From Minutocellus sp. GHC0000111 (taxonomy: Eukaryota), in assembly GCA_977018835.1 (NCBI GenBank), contig OZ361259.1, positions 3,782,001 to 3,846,000 of the forward strand: a stretch of DNA of 64,000 bases. Direction: 5' to 3'. The notes under the pieces were generated by a model. That model saw only the letters and a program-made list of their open reading frames with translations, was not told the origin of the DNA and did not search any database. Both the position numbers and the translations under genes were made by a program. Of the stretch, positions 13,601 through 22,787 are shown piece by piece; position 1 is the stretch's first letter; each line of letters begins with the position of its first letter.

Positions 13601-14199
13601 ATCGAAAGGCCGAATTGGAGCCGCAGATGAAGCTCGGAGTGAGAACTTCTAGTGCTCTGGACACTCTTCAGAAGAGCAAGCGTCTTTCGGAGGTCATTCG
13701 AGCGATAAAGACTCTCGAAGTCTCCACTCGACTGTCGGAAAAGTGCTGCCGTGCCTTTGCAACAGCCGACGCTCCTGAGATCCTCTATGCCCTTATCCGA
13801 ACCTGCAACCGAAGCTTACCACATATTGAACTGCTTCATTATGTTCTCTTGACTCTGTCCAACGTGGCGAGATATCCCTACCTGATGCCGAGTGTTGCGA
13901 CCGATGATTCGCTGGAGGTATTGATGGACTTGACTCAAATGTTTCGCGATAAGGAAAACATTTTCTGTCTGTCCATTGCTCTTCTGGAGAGAGTCGTCTT
14001 TAGCAATACAAAGCTCCTGGACATGTGTCGTTCTGCCGAAAATAACAAAAGATTAAAGGGCATTCATGCCCTTTGCAAGAGGAGGCAAAAGATGGCACGA
14101 GGTGCACCGCAGGCAGGCCCTCCCTCTCCTTCTGCCTTTAAGTACGACCTCAGACGAGGGATTCGTTCGCTGGAACACATTTTGGATGTAATTAGATGA
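7611..14199 (+). CDS. ASPM: Abnormal spindle / ASPM homolog; intron 9186-9312
   Basis: ASH-like region (LTWTPTEAGGVREVVHL) and calponin-homology domains (LRDGVRLARM; LLQWCQAVC…[21 protein letters not shown]). Many IQ motifs and a C-terminal ARM-like region (LIRTCNRSLPH). GTAAGT donor and CAG acceptor join in frame. Confidence 0.93.
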
Positions 14200-14336
14200 G
14201 ATATTTTTGAGAAGATAAGTAAGATAGTTAAATACTGTTACTAAAGATACATCGTACCCAATAGACTCTACTTTAGGTTGTATTCTTTATCTACCCATCA
14301 ACTGCGGAACTTCCTTGATCTCATATCCTATTGCAT

Positions 14337-16877
14337 TCATGCTCGTCTCCCACCCGCCTTTTTGGCGCGACGGCGAGCACTTGCTCCTCCTCCACCACTG
14401 GCCCCACCGATGGCAAAGCCGCCAGGTGCGGCGGCACCACCAGGCACCCCAAAGGCAGGAGCCGGTGGAGCTGCACCAAAGGCAGGAGCGGGAGGAGCAG
14501 CAGCAGTAGCACCAAAGGCTGGAGGGGGAGGAGTAGCAGCTGTAGCGCCAAAAGCTGGAGCCGGCGGGGCAGCTGTTGCGGTATTTCCTCCTCCAAAGGT
14601 GAAGGCCGTCGACGGGGCTGGATCCTTCGCCGGAGTTGAAGTGGATCCTGATGCACCAAAGGAGAATCCGGCCGCTGGGACAGCAGCGTTGGGTGCTGCT
14701 GCAGGCACGGGAGCAGCGGGGGTAGTACTTGCAGCGCCGCCGAAAGAAAATGAAGCCGAGGGAGCCGGAGCGGGTGCCTTTGCCGGGGTGGATTCATTGG
14801 CAGCGCTCGAGTTTGTACCAAAGTTGAACGATGGAGTCGCCGCCGGGCCGGGTGCGGGCGCCGTCGTGGCAGGGGCTGGGGCAGCGCCTCCAAAACTAAA
14901 GGCCGGTTGCTCATCCTTCTTTTCAGTTGCGGTTGCTGCTGGAGCAGGAGCTGGGGTAGCAGATGCCGACGTCCCAAAGGAAAAGCCTCCAGTAGACGGA
15001 GCAGCAGCGGCGGCAGCCGGAGCAGGTGCCGGAGTTGCAGCGGTGGTACCTCCAAAGCTGAAGCCAGGGACAGCAGCTGACGTTGATGCATCATCCTTCT
15101 TGGCAGCATCAGCAGTAGCCTTGCCAGGAGTAGCCGGCGCAGGAGCCTGGGCAGCAGCTGGGGCAGCGAAAGAGAATCCACCTCCTCCAGTCGCATCTGC
15201 CGGCTTGTTATCGCCTGTCTTGGAATCTCCAGTGGTTGCAGGAGCCGGCGCTGGAGTTGCCGCTCCTCCAAAGGAGATAGACGTACCGGCACCGCCCACA
15301 GCAGCAGCAGGAGCCGGAGCGCTTGCTTTCGCCGGAGCAGCCGCAGCAGGTGCAACTGCCGGGGGCTCTTCCTTCTTCTTCTTGGGAGTTGGCTTGGTAT
15401 TGAGATCACGAAGGACACGTTCCTCCTGCATCTTGCGGGCCTTGCCTCCAGCCGTGGGATGAGTTGGAGAGAAGAACAGACCACCTGCAGTGGTAGTCCC
15501 ACCGTCGCTGGCACCAGCACGATGCAACGGTCGTCCACTAGTCTTGAGAGCGATTCTACCACCGCGAGAAGAAGGTAAGGCGACTGCAGTTTCCGACTTC
15601 TCCTCGGTACCTTCCTTGCGCCTAGCGACCCGAACAGAAAGGGGAGTATCGGCAGGTAGCTTCAGTTCCACAGGTGTAGCTTTCGGGGTACTTGGAGGAA
15701 CCGTCACAGAGGGAGTAGCAGCGACAGTGACTGCAGCAGTTGCATTACCAGCACCAGCAGTGCCACCGTTGGTCTTACCCAAAGACTTGGAGGCCGAGGC
15801 CTGCTTGTCGTAGTACCGCTTCTCGGGACTCTTCTCCCCAAACGACACACGACGGACGGCACCGGAATGGCGCCGACTGCCATCACGACGAGGACGCTTG
15901 GAATCCTTTTTCTTGGATCCCCCTGATTCGCCCTTGGGTCCAGCTCCGGCAGATCTGGAAGCCTCACCACTGGATGCATTGCTATTGACGGCTGCACGTT
16001 TCTTGGACGATTTCGAGGCAGAAGTAGCAGTGCCACTGGTAACGCCACCAGCACCGTCTTCCTCCATGGCCTCCGTGGCAGCAATCTCAGTCCTACACCG
16101 TCGCTTCTCCCGTCCCTCCTCGGCCTCGGCGGTGGCAAACTTTCGCTTCCCCGCCTCCAGGACAGTACTAACAACCGTGGTGGCCATGTCGATGCCCTGC
16201 CGGGTACGTTTCCATAGCTGCTCGAGGGGCTCAACGACCCCACCATCGTTGTCATCGTTGTTGCCGTCATTGTCCGTCCGACGGCGCTTGGCGCTGGATG
16301 CGGCAGCGGGCGCAACCGCGGCGGTGGCCAGGAGGGGAGATCGGCCAGACGAGGTCGGAGGAGAGGCAAACTTCCTCCGCCGCAGGCCGACGCCGGGTGT
16401 GGCACCGGGACGGCCGAGGGCCATGGAGTGAGATGCAGTGCCCGCAATAGCAGCTGCTGCAGGGGAAGAAGCTCCAGATAATACGGATCCCGACGTCGCA
16501 TTGGATGATGCCGATGCCTCCTCCTGACGCAGCCGTTCCTGCTGCCGCCTCCTCATGGCCTCCAAACCACCATTCGTTGTTGCAGTAACCGCCGCCGTTG
16601 AAACTTCACCCTCACCACCACTTTCATCGGCACCGATTCGGGTACGATGGGGGACGTAGGCACCGCCGCTGACCCAACCATTCTGATCCATCCCCAGCGA
16701 TCGTCGACGCTCCTCTTCCGCCAGCTCGGCCAGGGAGGACTGATACCGCCGGTACAATGCCACAGAGCAGGGGAGGGTAACGAACAGAAAGACGTAGCGG
16801 CGGAAGAGGAGGAAGGCGACGAGGTGGTACGTGTACCGAAGGATGGTGAGGGGGATGCTCAGGAGGAGGCCCATCAT
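14337..16877 (-). CDS. FG-repeat nucleoporin with an N-terminal hydrophobic segment
   Basis: C-terminal FSFG/FNFG/AFG repeats in Ala/Pro/Thr spacers, basic NLS-like clusters, a basic tail (RRRAKKAGGRRA) and a hydrophobic first ~40 aa. Confidence 0.8.
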   Translation of the reverse strand: MMGLLLSIPLTILRYTYHLVAFLLFRRYVFLFVTLPCSVALYRRYQSSLAELAEEERRRSLGMDQNGWVSGGAYVPHRTRIGADESGGEGEVSTAAVTATTNGGLEAMRRRQQERLRQEEASASSNATSGSVLSGASSPAAAAIAGTASHSMALGRPGATPGVGLRRRKFASPPTSSGRSPLLATAAVAPAAASSAKRRRTDNDGNNDDNDGGVVEPLEQLWKRTRQGIDMATTVVSTVLEAGKRKFATAEAEEGREKRRCRTEIAATEAMEEDGAGGVTSGTATSASKSSKKRAAVNSNASSGEASRSAGAGPKGESGGSKKKDSKRPRRDGSRRHSGAVRRVSFGEKSPEKRYYDKQASASKSLGKTNGGTAGAGNATAAVTVAATPSVTVPPSTPKATPVELKLPADTPLSVRVARRKEGTEEKSETAVALPSSRGGRIALKTSGRPLHRAGASDGGTTTAGGLFFSPTHPTAGGKARKMQEERVLRDLNTKPTPKKKKEEPPAVAPAAAAPAKASAPAPAAAVGGAGTSISFGGAATPAPAPATTGDSKTGDNKPADATGGGGFSFAAPAAAQAPAPATPGKATADAAKKDDASTSAAVPGFSFGGTTAATPAPAPAAAAAAPSTGGFSFGTSASATPAPAPAATATEKKDEQPAFSFGGAAPAPATTAPAPGPAATPSFNFGTNSSAANESTPAKAPAPAPSASFSFGGAASTTPAAPVPAAAPNAAVPAAGFSFGASGSTSTPAKDPAPSTAFTFGGGNTATAAPPAPAFGATAATPPPPAFGATAAAPPAPAFGAAPPAPAFGVPGGAAAPGGFAIGGASGGGGASARRRAKKAGGRRA

Positions 16878-17558
16878 GCAATGTACCGTGGCTTACGGGT
16901 ATTGACTGATGATGACTAATGATCGACGAGATTCAGTATGTGGTCGTTTTGTGCTGAGATGTATCGGTTGTGGTCCTGCGCCAAAGTAAGTCGACTGAGG
17001 ACGCGCTCCCTGCAATGCAATGGCCGAGAGCCCTTTCCACAAATCTATCGACGTCTTAGCGGTTTGCAAAACTCTCGCAATCGAGCTCGCGGTCGGCCCA
17101 CAGATGCACGGATGATACTCTGAAATTATTATGATTTATGATGAGAGCGATGATGTGGGTCCGTCCTCAATCATCTCACTCAGTCGAGCGAGTCCATCCA
17201 ATCAGTTGTCATCAGAGGCCAAGTCCCAAGTCCTCTCATCAATCAAGCACCAACACAGACCTGATTTGATGCTTGAAAGTCAAAGCTCACCGGCAACGAT
17301 GTTCCCTTTTAAGAGTAAGTACTTCGATGCACGGGAATCCTATTTATTTACAGCTGCGAGGGTCAGTTTTGCTTTTTTCTTGACCATGCTGCAGACCAGA
17401 TTTTTAACAGTCTTCTTCTTCTTCAAATAAATATACATGTATGTACCGACCGGTACCGGTACATGTATGTGTGGTTCGCTTTTTCAAAAGCCAGCTCTTC
17501 TCTTGTATGGATACGTATTGCAGTTGTGCCTCACCACCGGGCCCATATTCATAGTCCT

Positions 17559-18092
17559 TCATGCACCTTCCGACGCTGATATGCTCTTCTTGCCCTCCTC
17601 CCCCGCCGCCGCTGCCATTTCCTCGGCCTTCTCCTTCTTCTTGGTATCCTTCGCCATCTTCTTCAGTATCCGCTGTTTCACCACCAAACCCTCGCCCTCG
17701 GTCACATACTTGCTCGTGAGGAGGTAGTTGTCCAACCCCCCGGCCTTGTCGATGCTCCGGAGCGCACTGGTCGTCAGATGGAACCGCACCATCTCGTCCA
17801 GCGTTTCGGAGTACACCCGCTTCTTGAAGACGTTGGGCTTGAAAGTTCGCTTGGTCTTCTTCATACTGAACGAAACGTTGTTACCGCTCCGAATGTCCTT
17901 TCCGTTGTACAGACCCCTGCGGGATCGGTTGGATCGGTACCGGACTTGCTGCTGGTGGTCTGGGATGACAGCATCGAGAGAGGGGAGAGACGCTGATGCC
18001 GCCGCGGTTGGGCGATGGAGTGCGGCAGCGCCTCTGGATACCTGGCTGACCGACAGCCGACGGAATCCTTGAGTTATGGACGAAGACAACAT
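17559..18092 (-). CDS. MRPL28: Mitochondrial ribosomal protein bL28m
   Basis: L28 signature SGNNVSFSMKKTKRTFKPNV…ALRSIDKAGGLDNYLL, preceded by a mitochondrial-type presequence. Confidence 0.92.
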   Translation of the reverse strand: MLSSSITQGFRRLSVSQVSRGAAALHRPTAAASASLPSLDAVIPDHQQQVRYRSNRSRRGLYNGKDIRSGNNVSFSMKKTKRTFKPNVFKKRVYSETLDEMVRFHLTTSALRSIDKAGGLDNYLLTSKYVTEGEGLVVKQRILKKMAKDTKKKEKAEEMAAAAGEEGKKSISASEGA

Positions 18093-18492
18093 GATGTTTG
18101 GTTATTAATTTCGTTGCTTGCTCATCAGGAACAATACGAGAAGTCAACGGCGACCCGGCGCGCGCGGCGTCGCCTTTCGATCTCGGCAAGGAGTGGCTCA
18201 TATCCCATTGCTTACGCTAGGCCTACGCTACGTACGTACGAGCCCTCGAGCTGCCGAGCTACGTAGGCCTACGTGTAGAGCAAGTGATGGATCCCTTGCA
18301 TTGTGTAGAGGCTCTCTAGAGCGAGTAGCGCAGCGAGCGATGCGATGTCAGATCTGCCGCAAGTGCAGTTTGGGCCGTGACACCGCCTGCTATGCTGGCT
18401 GGGCAATGCCGTCAGAGATTCGATTCGATAGTCGGCAGTGATCCGGCCCTCACAAGCGCTGCTTTACGCCGTTGAGTGTTACTAACTTTCCG

Positions 18493-20094
18493 ATGCTAGC
18501 ATCTTATTCGCCTCGTCGTCTGGTGCAGACGAAATCCACCGTCACGATCATCGCTGCTACATTGCTTGCATTCAGCATCGTCGCTGCCACTAGCACTGTC
18601 CCAACGAAGATTCGAGCAGATGACCGTCGCCTCTCCAGTAATTCCCTCCTAGATGAAGACGAGGAATTGCCCTCCCTCTTTCCTTTCCGTTGGCCACAGG
18701 ACTACCTAGGATTTGGATGTGCCATTGTCGGTCTGCTGTTGGCGGCTGGCGGTGGAATAGGCGGTGGAGGCATCCTCGTTCCAATCTACATTCTTTTATT
18801 GGAGTTTCCCGTCAAGCATGCAATGCCTCTCGCATCAACAACTGTCTTTGGTGGAGCTATTGCCAATAACATACTCAACGCGAAGAAACGCCACCCAGAT
18901 CATCCAGAAAGGCCTGCCATTGACTGGGACCTAATCCTGCAGCTAGAGCCCATGACGATTGCAGGCGCCCTAATCGGCGTTGATCTGAACAAAGAATTAC
19001 CAGAGCTAGCATTGCTAGTCCTTATGCTGCTCTTACTCACGATAACGGCACAAAAGACCCTGGCCAAGGCGATCAAGCTCCATCAAAAGGAAGAAGATAA
19101 AATCAATAGTCAACAAGAACACGCATCAGAACACACCGCCTTTATTCCTCCAAAAGAAAATCACTTTGACATCGAGAAGAAGGAGTCAGGATATAGTGCA
19201 GTCGACGACGAAAGTGAAAGGAGCGACATCGATGATGTTGACAGAAATAAGATTTCGAAACAGTGTCTCATTGATGCCCTGAAACTCTGCCTTCTCTTTG
19301 CTGTGGTTACCGTGCTGGACCTCCTACAAGGAAGTCCAGATGGAAATGGTGGAGGGCCCATCGGTCTACAATCCTGTGGATCTACCTGCTACTGGGTCAG
19401 CGAAGCCATGATCTTTCTCTGTATCGTCCTCTTTTCACTTTACGTCCGATCCAGCATTCTAAGGAGGCAAGCTGCAGGAGGTCCAATCCTATCAGAGATC
19501 CACTGGGATGATCGAAATACAATAGTCTACCCTTCTTTTTCGATATGTGCTGGCCTTGTCGCAGGTAAAACATCTCGAAGGGAAGGGCCCTGTGTATGAT
19601 GCGAACTCGAAGTTTTTGCCTTTTTATCTGCAGAATTTTTCTCTTCATCCTTGCTTAGCGAATTTCGCGCAGTATTATCCTTCTTTGCCTTTTTAATCGA
19701 CCTTTTTGTCTTTGCCGGCAATGGTCGGTGTCCATTTTTCCTAACCCTAACAGGAATGTTTGGAATCGGGGGAGGTATCGTGAAAGGACCGCTCATGCTC
19801 GCGCTGGGGGTACACCCACAAGTAGCATCGGCGACTTCGGCTGCAATGATCTTGTTCACAAGCTGCACGGCCACAATCAGCTATCTCACATTCGGATATC
19901 TCAAGTATGATTATGCATCCTTTTGTCTCGTCCTTGGATTCCTGTCTACACTGGTTGGGCAAACATTCATGTCAGCTATAATGAAACGGTCCGGGCAGCG
20001 AAGTTCGTACATTGCCTTCTGCATAGGAGGCGTCGTGGCGATTAGTGCCATAGCCATGGGAATAGAGTCTGCGCTGGCAATAATTTGGGGGTAA
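18493..20094 (+). CDS. Sulfite exporter TauE/SafE family membrane protein; intron 19565-19753
   Basis: Motifs AGGGIGGGGILVPI, IDWDLILQLEP and spliced AGLVAG|MFGIGGGIVKGPLML…HPQVASATSA. Multiple TM helices. Confidence 0.9.
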
Positions 20095-20251
20095 TATTAT
20101 TTGTCTCTACCAGCCAATTGGTATTTTCTCCAAATCGAAAATATCATTCCATCCAGATTTTTGTTCGAAAGTTTTACGTTCACAAAAACTTATGAGAACA
20201 GCAACATCTCCATGCAATCTACCACATATTTGTATGTGAACTAAAACAAGC

Positions 20252-21121
20252 TTAAAGGACAGTGCCGCTAGTGTACTCAATGGAATCCCAATCTCCAAAC
20301 TCGAACCTTCGTTTCTTTGTTTTTCCCTGCTTTGGTGTCGGTGTACTAAAGTCGGTCTCCTCCTGCTCAACATTCTCCTCCTCTACTTTGATATCAAAGC
20401 CAAAATCATCAATCATGTCCTCATTAGCATCTTCGTCGTCATCACCAGCGAGAGCTTTCAAAACATCTTGAAGGGAAGGGCCCTGTGTATGGTTCGAACT
20501 CGAAGATTTTGCCTTTTTACGAGCAGGTTTTTTCTCTTCGTCCTTGCTTGACGAATCTCGCGCAATATTATCCTTCTTTGCCATTTTGATCGACCTTTTT
20601 GTCTTTGCTGGCGATGGTCGGTGCCCATTTTTCCAACCTTTGCATGCGCTGCATCTTTTCTTAATACCTTCATTCTTATGGCTGCATCTTTTGCAAATCC
20701 AAAGCCGATGGCCATCCTTCCATGCACGACATGATTTGCATCTAAAATTTTCTCCCTCGTTTCGTTCCTTGCATTTGTAGCATCTCCAGCTAGTAGAAGT
20801 AAATGCAGGTTTCTCATCACGAGCACGAGGTACGGTCGAAAGTGCAGACTCTGTACTACCACTGGTGTTATCCCCTCCCTCTACCTGATCCATCATATTT
20901 ATCGAGGTTGCCTCCTCAGGCTCCTCCTCCACCTCCTCAGGCTCCTCCTCCTTTATATTTATTACAGCAGGTTCTCCTTCTGCATGAATCTCTGCTTGAT
21001 CATGACTATCGCTATACTCAATCTTCAGCTTCTTGACAGCCGTAGAAGACACCATCGATACCTGATCAAAGCTCACAGAAGCCGCGTAATCTGATGGCAG
21101 TTTCCGCTTTTTGAGCGGCAT
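20252..21121 (-). CDS. Protein with two RanBP2-type zinc fingers
   Basis: Two W-x-C-x2-C-x3-N-x6-C-x2-C motifs (WRCYKCKERNEGENFRCKSC; WICKRCSHKNEGIKKRCSAC) and an N-terminal NLS-like MPLKKRK. Confidence 0.7.
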   Translation of the reverse strand: MPLKKRKLPSDYAASVSFDQVSMVSSTAVKKLKIEYSDSHDQAEIHAEGEPAVINIKEEEPEEVEEEPEEATSINMMDQVEGGDNTSGSTESALSTVPRARDEKPAFTSTSWRCYKCKERNEGENFRCKSCRAWKDGHRLWICKRCSHKNEGIKKRCSACKGWKNGHRPSPAKTKRSIKMAKKDNIARDSSSKDEEKKPARKKAKSSSSNHTQGPSLQDVLKALAGDDDEDANEDMIDDFGFDIKVEEENVEQEETDFSTPTPKQGKTKKRRFEFGDWDSIEYTSGTVL

Positions 21122-21125
21122 ATGA

Positions 21126-22787
21126 CAGCCGATATTCTTGGCGTTGTGTTCTTGCCCATATACCCAGCCGTGGATTCGGCGGATACCTGTTTGGCACCAG
21201 GCAATCTCCCTTCTGTTCCTTGTATTCTTCCAGCATCTCGAACATTTGGTTCAAAATCTTGGAATTGGGTTCCCATACAAAGTCGATCGCCTCAAGCCTC
21301 CTGATGCGCTCGGACGTCATTTGAGATTGCTCGCCTCTTTGCAGCAGCCGATATTCTTGGCGTTGTTTTTTCACCCATGTGCTCAGCTTATGATTGAGTT
21401 GATACTTGGCTGGCACCAGGCAATCGCCGTTTTCTTCTTTGTAGTCCTCCAGCATCTTGAACATTTGGCTCCAGATCTCGGCTTGGGCGTCCCATGCAAA
21501 GTCGATCGCCTCAAGCCTCCTGATGCGCTCGGTCGTCATTGAAGATTGCTCGCGTCTTTGCAGCAGCCGATATTGTTGGCGTTGTTTTTTCACCCATGTG
21601 CTCAGCTTCTGGTTTGGTTGATACTTGGCTGGCACCAGGCAATCGCCGTTTTCGTTGCGGTATTCCTCCAGCTCCTCGAACATTTGGTTCCAATTCTCGG
21701 CTAGGCCGTCCCATGCAAAGTCGATCGCCTCAAGCCTCCTGATGCGCTCGGACGTCATTGAAGATTGCTCGCCTCTTTGCAGCAGCCGATATTCTTGGCG
21801 TTGTTTTTTCACCCATGTGCTCAGCTTATGATTGAGTTGATACTTGGCTGGCACCAGGCAGTCGCCGTTTTCTTCTTTGTAGTCCTCCAGCATCTTGAAC
21901 ATTTGGCTCCAGATCTCGGCTTGGGCGTCCCATGCAAAGTCGATCGCCTCAAGCCTCCTGATGCGCTCGGATGTCATTTGAGATTGCTCGCCTCTTTGCA
22001 GCAGCCGATATTCTTGGCGTTGTTTTTTCACCCATGTGCTCAGCTTATGATTGAGTTGATACTTGGCTGGCACCAGGCAGTCGCCGTTCTCTTCTTTGTA
22101 GTCCTCCAGCATCTTGAACATTTGGCTCCAGATCTCGGCTAGGCCGTCCCATGCAAAGTCGATCGCCTCAAGCCTCCTGATGCGCTCGGACGTCATTGAA
22201 GATTGCTCGCTTCTTTGCAGCAGCCGATATTCTTGGCGTTGTTTTTTCACCCATGTGCTCAGCTTCTGGTTCGGCGGATACCTGTTTGGCACCAGGCAAT
22301 CGCCGTTTTCTTCTTTGTATTCCTCCATCATCTTGAACATTTGGCTCCAATTCTCGGCTTGGGCGTCCCATGCAAAGTCGATCGCTTCAAGCCTCCTGAT
22401 GCGCTCGGACGTCATTGAAGATTGCTCGCCTCTTTGCAGCAGCCGATATTCTTGGCGTTGTTTTTTCACCCATGTGCTCAGCTTCTGTTTCGGCGGATAC
22501 CTGTTTGGCACCAGGCAGTCGCCGTTTTCTTCTTTGTAGTCCTCCAGCATCTTGAACATTTGGCTCCAGATCTCGGCTTGGGCGTCCCATGCAAAGTCGA
22601 TCGCCTCAAGCCTCCTGATGCGCTCGGACGTCATTGAAGATTGCTCGCCTCTTTGCAGCTGCTGATGTTCTCGGCGTTGTGTGTGTACCCATGTGCTCAG
22701 CTTCTGGTTCGGCGGATAACTGGCTGGCACCAGGCAATCGCCGTTTTCTTCTTTGTAGTCCTCCAGCATCTTGAACATTTTCTCCCA
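21126..22787 (-). repeat. Tandem array of 7 full and 1 truncated 219-bp (73-aa) helicase-associated (HA) domains
   Basis: Near-identical units WSQMFKMLEDYKEENGDCLVP…LSTWVKKQR…RIRRLEAIDFAWD. Confidence 0.93.

Noticed and set aside
14278..15562. Long ORFs 14278-15462 (+) and 14321-15562 (-)
   Set aside because: Shadow and alternate frames of the low-complexity, GC-rich nucleoporin repeat region.
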